Assembly (NCBI RefSeq): GCF_038025025.1
Contig: NW_027117338.1
Span: 2,914,001 to 2,978,000 of the forward strand
Length of the DNA stretch: 64,000 nucleotides
Source: Phyllosticta citribraziliensis
Lineage: Eukaryota
Reading direction: 5' to 3'
Made by a program: the position numbers and the translations under genes. The notes beneath the pieces were generated by a model. That model worked only from the letters and a program-made list of their open reading frames with translations, did not search any database and was not told the DNA's origin. How positions within the stretch are numbered: the first letter of the stretch is position 1; each line of letters begins with the position of its first letter. Positions 34,268 through 47,020 of this stretch are shown one piece after another.

Positions 34268-35955
34268 GGTGTTGAAGGCGTGTCGTCGGAGTGGGAGCGT
34301 TCAGGACGGACGGTTGAGTGAGGTGCGAGAATTCGACGGACGAACTGCGTGCGCCTCGCCCTTTGTTTGCTGTTCGTGCTGCTGCCTTGAGCTGCCATGT
34401 CTGAAGCGGCTTCATATACACTGTTCCGCTCGACTGAGTACAACGCACATGCCTCTCACCTCACACTCTCTTGGTTCGCCGTTTGCCATGTACGAGGGTA
34501 CGGCGGACAGGTACGACGACTGCAGCCAGTGTGTATAATCGCATAGTTCGAGCAAGCAGAAAACCCAAAAAGGCCATTTTTCCTTGTTTCTGCCAATGGA
34601 CGTAGGTGCAGGATTCTTTTGCATTTGATGAGTGGTGGACTCGGAGACTCAGACTCCAGCCACTCCCGCCGCCACTGTGAGCAAGAATGGGGAGTGGAGA
34701 GGTCGAGAGGGGAACGATGTCGATCCCCAAATACCACTGCTTGATATCTGATGGTGATTGAGGTGTGTAATACACACTCCTCGTTGCGAGGCGTCTGTGT
34801 AAGCATCAAGCATCTGGTCTTGATTTGGCAGCGGTGGCACCGTTCAAGGCAGGCTTGAGATGGAACCAAGGAGGAAAGATTGTAAGTAACAGTGGTGACG
34901 TGAATATCGAGCCAAAATGACAGTCCCACCTAGTGAAGTGAGTTTGTGAAGCAAGTGCCCCTGATGAGCTTCCAACATAGGATCAGCGCCTGCCAAACAG
35001 CAGGAAAGCAAAATGACGGCGTGAACATAGTAAGATAGTTGTATATTTAGCATTACGCGGAGCGTAATGTCAGTAATTGTCCTCCATAGAGGGCTAGTCG
35101 AGACTTTAAAACTTTATTTGGGCCTAGATGGAAAGATTAGGCGCCAAGATCTTGTACAGAATGCGCATGGAACCCTGCATCGTGGCGGCGAAATTTTTCT
35201 TTCTTGGCCGAATATGGGAAGTTCCTGGAGGTCGACAACCAGAAAGCACCAAATCGAAGTGTATCTAGGCATGTAGTTCCTGAATACGTATTGCGGGGGA
35301 TAAGACGGACTTTAGCGCCTTAAAGCTTTGTTTTTGGCACGCGGGTAGATCGTCCTGAAGGACAAGCTCAACGTCAGATCAAAGTTTCCCGCTCCTTGGA
35401 CGCATGCTCGGTTTCGGTATCGCGTTCCAGAACTAGTAGACGATACTGCGAAACTTGTCGCTGGGATCCCATTGCGGCAGCATTATGGGAATAACGACCA
35501 GCAGGTTGAGAGGTTGTGTTGCTCAAAGGAATGGCTCCCGCAGGAGCTCAGCATAATTGTTCCCTAGCATTGTAGTAAACGAGGAGGTGTCAGGTATTGA
35601 CGACGCGCCCGCGACTTCAACGCAGGTCGGGGCTGAACAGAAATCCAAGTGGTATCACAGGTACCTGTTGGTTTGATTCCATTCTTGCAATGCCTGGAAA
35701 AACTCCTCCACAAGCCATGGAATGGAGTCTGGTGCGATATCATGGCCTGGATAGACGGAAGTGCGAAGTCCGGGTGATTTTTCGTCCGGGGACAGACTTA
35801 TGCTTTGCCGTTCATCCATCTGGTTGAGTTCTGGAGGCTTGAATTTTGCTTGGAAAAAGCCGTGATTGCTGCACCGAGCCAGAGGGTGACACGTCCTCAT
35901 GATAATTCGTAGGGTTGCGTGGAACCTCAACGTCGATATTCGGCCAGTGACCATA

Positions 35956-36447
35956 TCACTCTAATCTGAAAGTCAGCAAGAATTCAATTTCTTGTGCTGG
36001 AAGTGATTGCGGCGCGGGCAAAAGCTCACCTTCCACATCACGGCATCTCTTGCGTGGATTTCCAGGACAAACTCCGTTTCCGGGACTTGGAGGCCCTTGA
36101 CCAGCATCTGAAGGCCCAGGGACGACGGCGAGTGGTCTGGTAGAAGCTCTGGCCGGGCCCGCGCTCAAGCGACGCCTTCGAGGAGCGCTTGTCGTCATGG
36201 CTTCTGTTGATGCTTGTTGGTCAGAGCCGTCAGGGCTGGAGCCGAAGACTTCGGCTGGGCGCTCGCCACGTTTGATTCGCGCGACCATGTTGTCGGAGTC
36301 TTTCATGAACCTGTCCAGGTTGTTGAGCAGGATGGTCTGCTCCAGCGGATGCAATTGGGTGCCCAGCCATTCGAGCTGCTCCATACTGCGCTCAAGCTGC
36401 GCACGTCGATCTGGAACCGGATTGGGCTTGTCCGCGGGGTCTGCCAT
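35956..36447 (-). CDS. Hypothetical protein (orphan or possibly 5' part of a decayed gene)
   Basis: 163-codon ATG-initiated ORF with a helical-looking N-terminus, divergent from PPX1. Intron-like GTGAGC..CTGAC..CAG near its end. No recognisable domain. Confidence 0.4.
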   Translation of the reverse strand: MADPADKPNPVPDRRAQLERSMEQLEWLGTQLHPLEQTILLNNLDRFMKDSDNMVARIKRGERPAEVFGSSPDGSDQQASTEAMTTSAPRRRRLSAGPARASTRPLAVVPGPSDAGQGPPSPGNGVCPGNPRKRCRDVEGELLPAPQSLPAQEIEFLLTFRLE

Positions 36448-36744
36448 GACGAGATGGCTTCGAAGGAGTCCTGTCGTCAGTTGCCAGGGTTTCGTTTTGG
36501 TCCAATGTCAAGTTGTCATCCGACGGCGGCCCGAAGCGTGAGACGGCGGGGAGTCGTCGGCAGCCGGCCACGAATTCCCCATGGTGATGTCACTGACCCG
36601 GAGAGCTGGGGTCGCTCGACATGAACACCTTGGACCCTGGCCTTGCGCTCCCTCTGCAACGCCAATCTTTGCCCTCGACAGTTTCCAATACCTGAAACAG
36701 AACCCTTCTGCAAGTGATTCCAGACGAAGCCCTCAATCCCTCCA

Positions 36745-38072
36745 ATGGCTTTTCCACGCAACTCGCTGCGAAATTTTCTTGTCCACGCCAAAAAGGCATT
36801 GCGAACAGCCATTTCGAACAACGACAAGGTCACCTTTGCCATTGGCAACGAATCTGCTGGTAAGTTGTGACCGCGCACTGTCAGAGTCCAACCATCCACT
36901 GACTTGCGGCAGATTTGGACTCGTTGACATGCTCACTTCTGTTTGCCTACCTCCGCAGCCAACAGCCTCCCAAGCACGCCTTCACCCCTCTGTACATTCC
37001 CGTCACCAACATCCCCGCCAACGACATCCACTTGCGGCCAGAGTTCCTCGCATTGCTTCCACACGCCAATCTTGAACCCAGCCACCTCATCACACTGGAC
37101 GATCTTGCGCCTCTTGACAAATTGGACCAGAAGCTGAGCCCCAAGAAGACGCGATGGATACTTGTCGACCACAATGCATTGCAGGGCGTGCTGGGCCATG
37201 TGTATGGAGACAGGGTTGCGGGCTGCATCGACCACCACGACGATGAAAACAAGGTCCCCAAGGACACTGCGGATGAGCCACGCGTCATTGAAGTGAGCGG
37301 GAGCTGCACCAGTCTGGTTACGGAGTACATGCGGCCATTTTGGGACCATCTCTCATCTGAAGGACTGTCGTCTGGTGCAGCCCACGGGCAGAGTGACGGG
37401 AACGTGGTGGTGAATGATGCATATCAAATCAACCTTTGGGATGCCCAAGTGGCCAAGCTGGCTTTGGCGAGCGTGTTGATTGACACGAGCAATTTGCGGT
37501 CAACAACCAAAACCACGGATCACGACGTCAAAGCTGTCAAATACTTGGAGGCCAAGATAACGCTGCAGGATTCAAAGTTTGACAAGGACAAGCTCTTTGC
37601 AGAAATCAGCCATGCCAAGCAGGACATTGGAGGCATGAGGCTGTACGACATTCTCCGCAAGGACTACAAGCAATGGGACGATGACGGATTCCAGCTGGGC
37701 ATCAGTTCTTGCGTCAAGCCAGTCGAGTTTCTCCGCAGCAAAGTAAAGGAGGAGAGGGGAGACGAGCACTTGTTCTGGCAAGCCCTTGGTCGGTATACCG
37801 GAGACCGAGGGGTTGAGCTCTACTCGATCATGACGTCTTACTCAGACGAGAATGGAGAGCACCAGCGCCAACTTCTTCTCTGGGCTCTCTCTGAGAAGGG
37901 CAAGCGAGCAGCCGAGACGTTTGCAGAATCGGCAGCCGAAGAGCTTGGGCTGGAGGAGCTCGTCGGCGAGTGGGTGGCTGCAGACGTCGGCTGGAAAAAG
38001 GTGTGGCGGCAGAAGAACCTCGGCGCAAGTCGCAAGCAGGTGGCTCCATTGCTCAGGAAGACGGTGCAATAG
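36745..38072 (+). CDS. PPX1: Exopolyphosphatase (DHH/DHHA2, Ppx1/Prune family); exons 36745-36859, 36913-38072
   Basis: IGNESA-DLDS, LVDHN, GCIDHH, GSCTSLV, IDT, LRKDYK and SRKQVAPLL motifs. Confidence 0.93.
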
Positions 38073-39169
38073 CTAGAGGCAGCACAAGGCAGGCGACCCT
38101 ACACAAGGAGCGACGGCCCCAGAGCGCGGCTCTGAGATTAAGCTTGACGACGGCGTGGCACGCTACCTATTCGGGAAAGTGCAGACGTCGAGGATCCCCG
38201 CAGACACGTGTCTCCGGTGGACGTCTGGTCGACGGCGCGAAGCCCTAGTGTGTTGACGTGACATGTCTGGTTGTCGTAAGTAGGCGCTGCGGCGGCTTGA
38301 GAAAAAGCACTTGAGACGTGCAGACGCAGCGCATGAATCAGACGGACAGGCTGGCAGCGCGACAGAGTTTTTGGCTTGGTGACTTGTTAGCTGGAGGACA
38401 ATTGGCGATCAGAGTCAGTAACTAGTCGAGCGAGTACATCGGGCCGGAGCCGGTCAAGAAGCCTCACCGCAGGGCGGTTCTCGAAGCAGTCTCCCTGCGA
38501 CATCTCCACATTTATGAGCTGTATGGTGACGGGTCGGTCTCGACTCGGGTCTGAGATGATTTCAGTGAGTCAAGCCGCGTGGGCAGCTGGCGGTGCGTGG
38601 AGCCGTCGGCGGGAATTGGGCGCTGTTTTTGATGGAGTGTCGAGAGTTGCGGTCGTGCCGGAGAGCGTGTACAGCGCTGTTTGGACATTTCAGGTACAAG
38701 CTCTGGAGGTGGATAGGGTGTCCCTGATAGGCGGGAGCTGGGGTGTCGCGGTCAAGAGGCGAGCGAGATGGTAGCTTAAACCACGACGTCGGGGCGTTGG
38801 CCAAGCAACATGGACACGGCGAGAGGTCGAGTGGTGGTTGAGGAGGGCAGAAGTGATGCAGGGTACAGGTCACATCTAAGGCCAAGTAGTTAGTTAGTGT
38901 TTTTGCCACGAGAGGAGTCGGCGGATAAGCAGAGTGAGTCGGCTGAAGAGGGCGCAGGGTCGGGACAGGCGATTGGACGTCTGCAATGTGGATGCATTGA
39001 CAGCGCATCAGGGAGATCCACTCAGGTCGGTCGCTGGAGAGGAGAGTGAATGAGCGCAGCGAGATTGTCGGGGCTGCACGAGGCTGGAAAAAGAGGCACC
39101 ACGGCATCAGGTGGACTGCTGGTTGGCCAACTGATTGGGTGCGCCAGGGCGAGGGCGAGGGCCACGATG

Positions 39170-39325
39170 AGCTGGCCGCCCATGCAGCAGCAGCAGCACC
39201 ACCACCACCACCACCATACACTGTAGTCAACATCGTCGTCGCATCTGGGCCCAGCCTCTGCCTCTGCCTCTGCAACGCGCGACTCGACAATTTTTTTTTT
39301 TTTTTTGGTTTGACTTTTTTTTATT
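39170..39325. repeat. Microsatellite cluster: (CAG)n(CAC)n, (CTCTGC)n and poly-T
   Basis: Read directly upstream of the large hypothetical gene. Confidence 0.85.
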
Positions 39326-39661
39326 CGCCCTCTCATCACTCACTACCGTAGACGCGCCCCCCCTCCCCCGCCAATCGGCCTCGAGCGCGTATCGATAACG
39401 ACACCTCCCCATACCACAGCTTGGTCTCTCCGCTGCCACTTCACCGCACGCTAACCAATGCACCTCGCCCGTTAGGTGCTTGCTGCTCTCTCTCTGCCTC
39501 TCGCCCGCTGCTCCAGCTCCCTCTTCACTCCTTCTCGATTCCATTCTGCTGCTCTCTTCCGCGACTCTCCCCTCCCTACCCTACCGCATGCTCGCCACCT
39601 CCGCGGGCCTCCTCGTCGCGAGACCCTTTTGGTGTCACTGTCCGGCCTTCCTCATGGCGCC

Positions 39662-42600
39662 ATGATTAGACGCAACCACTCCTCCTCTTGCGCGCCGCCG
39701 GGACCGGCCTACTCGTCTCCCCGTACGTTGCCAATTTCTTATTCCCCCAGAGCAGCCTATCCCTGACCACTCGCCGTGTCCCTCTGTATGATGCGCTGGC
39801 ACTCGCTGACAGGAACATAACCAACATAGCCGTGTCACCTACCGTCACCCAAGTCTCTTCTACAAGCCCCACGCCCTCTCCTCCTCCTCCTCCAGAGTCC
39901 TCCTCTCATGTCCCTCCTCGCCAAGTCGCCCGCCGGTCTCCCAGCCCGCCCGCCTCGTCCCATCCCCAACCCGAACAAGACGAGAATATGGGAAGCCGGC
40001 TGGCCGGAGACATTCAACATGACACCAACAACCCCACCGCCAAATCCCTCCCTCCCTCGACCCGCCCCTCCATGCCTCCTTCCGCCTCGGCCCCGGCTGG
40101 CCGTCTGCCCCGACTTCTCCCACACGACGTCTCCCACTATACTGATGCTTCGCTCCACCCGGACATAGTATCTGCTTCCTCGACCTCGCTCGCCGAGCTG
40201 GCCCACCTCGTCCGCTTGTCCAACTACCAAGACCAGCGGAGGACCCACGCCCGCGTGCGCCTGCACAGATCCCTGGTCTCAAACGCCCTCTCGGCGCGCC
40301 TGGTCCACTGCGGGGAGCTGGTCCACAGGGCCCTGGTTGACTACTTCCGCTCCGACGACAAGAAAGGTTTCGCCGCCCTCTATAACGCCCTTCACGATGT
40401 ACGAAGCTCCTGTGATGCTACCAGGCGCTACGCCCTGCTGGAACCCGATTTGGATTTTGCAAAGTCAAAAACGCTGCTGAATGAGCCTCGCATTCATTCT
40501 TTTTCTACTTTTATGCATGAGATACCCTCGAAAACCCGGGATGAGCTTTTGGAGTTTCTTTCCGAGTTGCGCACTAACCCTGACTTTCTTGCCTCGCGCA
40601 TCACTAGCCTTTCTCAACAGGAGTTGGCCGCCTTGACCACCTTTCGCCAGGCCCTGGATCCCGTAGACTCGGTCATGGCCCTGCAGGCTCGCGGCAAGTC
40701 CGTTAGCCAAAAGTCCCAGAACTCTCTGGGCCCCTCGGCAGTAGAGCGCCTATTGTCTTTTCAGCGCCATGACCCCTTATCCGCCTTAATATATACCATT
40801 TTCGCCAATTCTTCTGGCCCGGATTCTGCCGAGGACTTGCGCCGGACAGACATTTGGGCCACGACGTGCGCCCGGCTCATCACCGAGGCCAAGCCTGGAA
40901 GTGACAAGTTCATCAAGAGCGTGCTCGATGCCTGGGCTGGTATGCGCGAGTGGTCCGGCAGGGCCAACCTGGAGCTCTACTTGATGCAAGTCCTCCAGGA
41001 TGGACAGTTCCTATTGGACAAGGCCGAGGAGCAGATGCCCAGGCAAAGAGGTCAACCAGACAATCGAAATACCAAGGACACCATTGCCGCGGATGACTTT
41101 TACGAGAGATCTGTCAAGAGGCTGTTTGAGGTCATTGATGATGACCCTAGCGCCGGCGGCATCCCCGAAGGCAGCCTGGAGATTGGCCTGGCCATTTTGA
41201 AGAAGCTCGAGGACTCGTCGCGGAAGCACCGGACTGCCGCCCAGACCTTTATCATCTCCAGATGGTTCTTTTCAAGCTACCTGTTGAACGCCATCATCTT
41301 CCCCGAGGTGAGAACCATGGGCAAGTTTGGTTTCCTTCCCTCTTTGCTGACAATTTGCAGAGCCAGGGCATCATGACTGGGCACCACATCACGGAGCATG
41401 CGCGACAGAGGATTTTGAAAGAAATTGCCATTCGCGCTCAGAAGCAAGTGCTGGACATGACGTACAATTGGAAGCAGCAAGTGCCGATTCTGCCCGAGAT
41501 TCGCGCCCACATTGAAAACATCATGGCAAGATTCAAAACTTCTCGCAGCAGCAATGCAAAACCCGTCCTCCTTCCAGCCAAAGCCATCACCTCGCCTCGA
41601 GAAACTATCGAGGTCCAACCGTTTCTTGTCATTTGCCCCTCAGACTTGGCTACCATCATTAACTCGCTCTTCCCAGAACGTCGACCATCATCCAGCCACA
41701 CTGAGGAAAGTCGACATCGCGGGCTTGCCTCTGGCGCCTCGTCGTTATCGGGGATATCAATCTTTCGCAATCCTTCCATTTCTGGTGACGCAAGCTCGGT
41801 ATTTAGTCAAAGCGCAACGTCTTCAATGACGAGCGACACGACTTCGCGCGAGCCTCTTCTTGACCAACCTGGCTCTGATACCAACACTTTGGGCTCGATC
41901 GACCAGGACAGCGTCAACAGGGTTGCTCCTACCGAAGAGTACGGGCGCAGGCTGAGAATGGCGCTCTCGGAAATGACGCGCATCCTCGGCTTGGGCGCCA
42001 GCAACGGCTCTTGTCACCCGTGTGCCGAGAGATGGGCTGTCCTCTACGTGTCTCAAGACGGCAATGAGCTCCGAACTCGCATGCGGAAAGATGCAGAACT
42101 GGAGGAAGAGCCTGAGGACGAGTCAACAGAGGAAGAAAGCGACGACGAAGGGCTGGGAGATTCTGTGGAATTGGAGACCGACTACCACCAGCTCAAGGAA
42201 GCGATTATCAAGCTCCTCGAAGATTACGAGATTCCCAAGGAGCTTGCCCCAGAGAGCGAGTCCAAGCACTTTAGCAACCGAGCAATGACCCATCAACGAG
42301 ACGCAAAGGCTGGCGTCCAGCTGATGAAGCAGTCTTTGCCGCTGAGGGACAAGAACCCCTACCATAGCTCCAGCCAGAGTCAGCTATCCAACATGTTCAA
42401 CAGCCAGAGGACCACGCCTCCGAGCAGGCATCGCAGAAACAGCTCCATCGAGAAAGAGACGGCAAATGAAAAGCAGTCGATCCTGATCACGATGCTAGAA
42501 GCGGCTCTCAACCAATGTCAAGCGCGCTCCGACTTTGTCAATGCGCACTTGTATTTCAAGACATTGCAGCAACTGCGCAAGCTTTCGTCGCCTTCCCTCA

Positions 42601-45107
42601 CTCGCAACGGGTACGCCGCTCTGCTCAGCTACTTTGGTCGTGGAGCGCGCGACGCCCTCACCAAATCCTCCAGCGCCATTGAGGAATTCGAGGCCTGGTT
42701 CGTGTGGTTGAAGGTGTCACAAGAGCGCGTTGACTCGACCATTGAAGACATGATGGCCGGCATGAAGTCGCTTCGCGACAAGATGTGGTACATTACCGAC
42801 GTCCGCAACTCTGCAAGCTACGAAGAAGCCAGAAACGTTGCCCTTGCGCTCAAGATGATGGGACAACCGACCAAGACGCTCGACGGCAAGCCAATTCAGA
42901 GTCATCGCCCGCGCATGTCAAAATCCTCGGCCAACAACTTCTTACTGAAGACTGAGAGCCAGATTTTGGACATTATGGCTGCTCCGAGCGAAAACTGCGG
43001 GCCGAACAAGTTGGCCGACGAGCAGGCGGAAATGACGCTCAAGTGGTTGAAGCAGTATGCGATTGAGAGCTCGTTCTGCAAAGGCGAGGAGCGCATCCAC
43101 CGCTTCTGCCTTGAGATTGACAAGTGCGTCAACAAGATGGTGGGAGATGGCATCTTGGACGGACCGGTACTCTGGTCCAGCGAGCTGTACCGTCGCGACA
43201 AGGAGATTCTGGACAGCGGCCGACAAAAAGGAGATCTTTACTTGACCGGCGTCGGGACGCTGAGCATCGCCGGAGACGAAGAATACGAAACGCATCCGGG
43301 AAAGGGCAGCCTGCGAAGTTTGGATTTTTCAAACCGTCCAAGCACCAACAGCCTGCGGTCGATCAATCGCATGGGATCGCAGGCCAGTTTCGATTCTGGT
43401 AAGTGGACCACCGGATCGCGTCCCATGGATCTCATGGACGGGCCGGACTATTTCGGAAATGCAAGCGTCTTGTCGATTGATTCCACGACGACGTTTTGGT
43501 CGCCTTTTCACACCAATGCTGCGACATCGCCGACAAGCGCCACCAGCATCCGCCCCGGCTCATCACGCGGCACTGTGATGCTCAAGAATTCGGCCAGTGT
43601 CAATGAGGATAAGCGCCGGTTCCTACTGGACTTGAAGCAGACGTTGACGGGGCTTCTCTTGAGTGATTTGGGTACGGTCGTCTTCAGCAACGGCAGCGAG
43701 ACGGACGCGTGGTTCTCGGATGATTTTGGAGAGGAGTGTATACAGCGCAAGGAGGAAGAGGACCGCCGGCGCAAGCGGGCGGCACGCAAGAAGAGCATGA
43801 GGAATTTGCGAAGCGCTGCAAAAGAGCAACGTCCGTCGGACCACCAATCCTCGACTGAACACTCGAGTTCAGGCACAGATGCGACGGCGCGGGCGGCGGG
43901 GATATCAGCCAAAAAGGCTGGTCTGCTCGAATTCCCTTTCAATACGGCCTTTCGTCGACTACTCCGCAGATTTGCCACCCATCCAAACCCTTTCTCCAAG
44001 CTCCACGCTCTGTATGAGCTGGAGCTACTCATCATTGCCTCGCTCAGCACACGCACCGGTCGCCAGTACGGGCGCCGTGAGACGTTGCCTACGGTCCCTC
44101 AGTCGCCCACGCTTGGCTCTGTTCCCGAGTTTAGCTCCCGTGAGCCGACGGCTCAACACCAGCAGGCGCAGAATCTCGAAGAGGCGATTGCAAACTGCGA
44201 GGGCAGACGATCACATTCGCTGGGCATGAACTCCGAGACCACAAACACGGGCATGGGAACACCCTTTCGCAGCGGCGCCCGTTCGCCCACCGGCCCGCCC
44301 AGCACCGACATGATTGTCGACGTGTTGACGGGGCTCTTCCGCGACGCCGAAATTCGCCCCAAGACGCTCTTTCGCGACCTCCAGTACATTGCGTCGTTTG
44401 TGCCGGCGCAGATGCTGGACAAGACGGCGCGAGGAAAGGCGTTTTGGGACGCGGGCCTCGCTGCCCTGGGTCTCAAGCAAGACGTCTGCCGCATCATGGT
44501 TGAGATTGCCGACGACATTGTGGCGCTCAACACGCAGAGCCGCGGCGCCGCCGTGCACCAGCACGCCGCCGCGGCGTCCAACAACAGCGGCAGCAGCGCG
44601 GCGTCGGAGAAGACGGCGAGCTCGATGACCACGAGCAGCGGCGGCATCGCCAAAGCTCCTACCTCGACGCCAATAACAACAACGACCACAACAACCTCGC
44701 CTCCCTCGACAACCACGCCCGATGGCCCCACCACCACCACCACCACCACCACACCCCCCTCCACCGACACCAACCCGGCCACAAAATACTCGATGAAAGA
44801 CGCCGCGCGCATGCTCATCATCACGGCCAAAGAAGGCGACGCCGTAGCGGAGCGCGAGCTCGCCATCTTCTACCTCACGCACCCGGACCTGCTGCCCAAG
44901 ACCATCCTCCCGCTCACCAAGCCGTCGGACGTGTTCAAAGCCGAGCTGCTGACGCGCGACCGCTCGCGCCGCGATGACGCGGGCGGCCGCTCCGATCCCG
45001 CGACCATGTGCGTCGCGCAGCATTGGATGGAGTTGAGTAAGCGCGGCGGCGATGTGCTGGCGACCAAGTATTTGCGGCAGCGGGAGGATATGGAGAGGAT
45101 TCCTTAG
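39662..45107 (+). CDS. Large conserved fungal hypothetical protein (RasGAP-like N-half, VPS9-like and Sel1-like C-terminus); exons 39662-39722, 39830-41307, 41361-45107; alternative start ATG 39988
   Basis: Two long ORFs joined by intron GTGAGA..GCTGAC..CAG (41308-41360). An upstream intron GTACGT..GCTGAC..TAG (39723-39829) links ATG 39662 in frame. Domain calls are by eye only. Confidence 0.85.
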
Positions 45108-46399
45108 TTACGTAGGTGTGTATGTGATGCAGGTGTGCTGCGACATGAGGGGGGCACGGGGGGTGGGCTTTGCTGTTCTAATCGGGAGAAGAGAAGAAGG
45201 CGCTGCCGCGTTGGTTGTAATGCCGCCATTTGGGATCTGGAGCTTTGTTGAGCGCTCACCTTTGTTTACTCGTTTACTTCCGTTCTCTGTTTAGATTTTT
45301 TTTTTCCCTTCTACATCTTTTATATCCTTCCTCTTCTTCTTCTTCTAGTAGCCTGTCAGCAGATAGCCAGCCAGCCGCATAGCGAGCGAATGAATTGATG
45401 ACATTGATGAATCTATTGGTTGATTGGTTGATTTGTTGATTGAGTGTGTGGATGATGCTTGTGTGGCTTGTCGTTCCTCTATCTTCTCGTACCTAATTGA
45501 CCATGGTCTTACGGACGGTGACCATCATTCATCCATCTCAATCTCAATCTCAATCGTCATCAGGACTACGATCAACGAACGACGACGATGCTGACTGAGG
45601 GACTGACTGAATGACTACCTGAGATCGCTGGCCTGCTTACAGTGTTCGTTGCTGTGTATTGTACTACACTATACGAGCCGTTCCACCTATGTATGCATTC
45701 TTCACTTCCTCTTACTAGTGTTTGAGATAGGAAGTAGTAGGAGCCCAAGACATGTCCATCGTAAAGACGCACGTATAGACCCATCTTTATCAACAGCAGA
45801 AACAGTCCAAGATGTAGAGAAAAAGAAGACGAGAGCGCGTGTGTATGTGTATACATGCAGTATATTATAGTGTGGCGGAATAGGCAGATATTAAATCTAT
45901 AGCGACAAAGCAAAAATGGCGATAGTTTTGAGAATCGTACTTACTACTGCCTACATACTATACTCTCAGGTACAGGTGGCCGATTAAGTAATGATTCCTG
46001 GGGAATGCGAACAAGTATATCATCAACGACGCGCGCGCTATGCAAGAATGTACGTGTGTGCGAAACGAGGCCTAGAGCCGCCGCGTCGGTCGGAGGTACC
46101 GTCGAGTCCAGCGAAAGGGCGAGGCGATGGGAAGTTTTGGGCCGGCTTCAGGCAGCTTTCGACAGACAAAGTCGAGGTAAGCCGCAAGCGACCAGTCCCA
46201 CCGCCAGAGCGAGCGAGGGAGTGAGCATCGTCGCACAAGAAAAGCGCAGCGAGCATGATTAGCGTACGCTGCGGCTGCCATGCCATGGTGGAAGGTACGG
46301 TAGGTAGTTAGCGAGCTGAAATCAAACCGCCTCCCCCGGCTTGCTTGCTGGGGATGAGGGGGCCCACGCATGAATGACAGTGGCGATCAGTCCAACGAC

Positions 46400-46450
46400 T
46401 GGGCTGCCTGCCTGCCTGTCTCAGCTGGCTGGCTGGCTGGCTGGCTGGTT
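46400..46450. repeat. (CTGC)n/(CTGG)n tetranucleotide microsatellite
   Basis: ctgcctgcctgcctg followed by ctggctggctggctggctggctgg. Confidence 0.85.
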
Positions 46451-47020
46451 GCCTCCCCGCAGAGTCTGGTTCATGTTTTGCTTTTGCGGTTGATTCCGTT
46501 GCGCGCTCGGTTCGTTTGTTCGTTCGTTCAGCTTGAGACTTGAACGGTTTGCCTGTGGATGGCCCGTGCAAGGTTTTCAGATCATGCGCGCGTGGTGCGT
46601 CCGACGGATTACTGAGCGGACCAGCTCGCTCGGCGGGGGATCTTGGTGGTTGGCCGGCTGCACGTGGCTGGCTGGTTGGTTGGCTTGCTCGCTTCCTTGC
46701 TCCATTTGTCGCACGCTTGGTTGTGTGGTTGGTGGCAGGTGGATTTGGTTGCTTGCTTCCTTTCCGTAGTCTGGCAATGCTCTTGGAGGCGCCACACGAC
46801 ACTACCACCACCGTCGGCCCTGGTGCCTCTGCGGCGCTGCGAGACCGACTCCAGCCAAAAAGCCAGCGGTTCGCCTCTTCATCAACCTCCGACGATTGCT
46901 CGCAAAAGATCGCTTGTGCAATGCGGTACCCCGCACGTCATGATCCAACACATGGCCAACCAAGGGCCCGCCAGCAAAAAGTTTGACCGACACGTGGATT
47001 GCGTCTTCCACTGGCTGTCT

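Noticed and set aside
38562..39290. 242-aa minus-strand ORF with poly-Gly/Ala
   Set aside because: Built from microsatellites in a promoter region, non-ATG start, no coding character.
45370..45625. TGATGA and CTGA motifs considered as a box C/D snoRNA
   Set aside because: They lie in a repetitive TGA-rich 3' flank with no terminal stem or recognisable rRNA guide.
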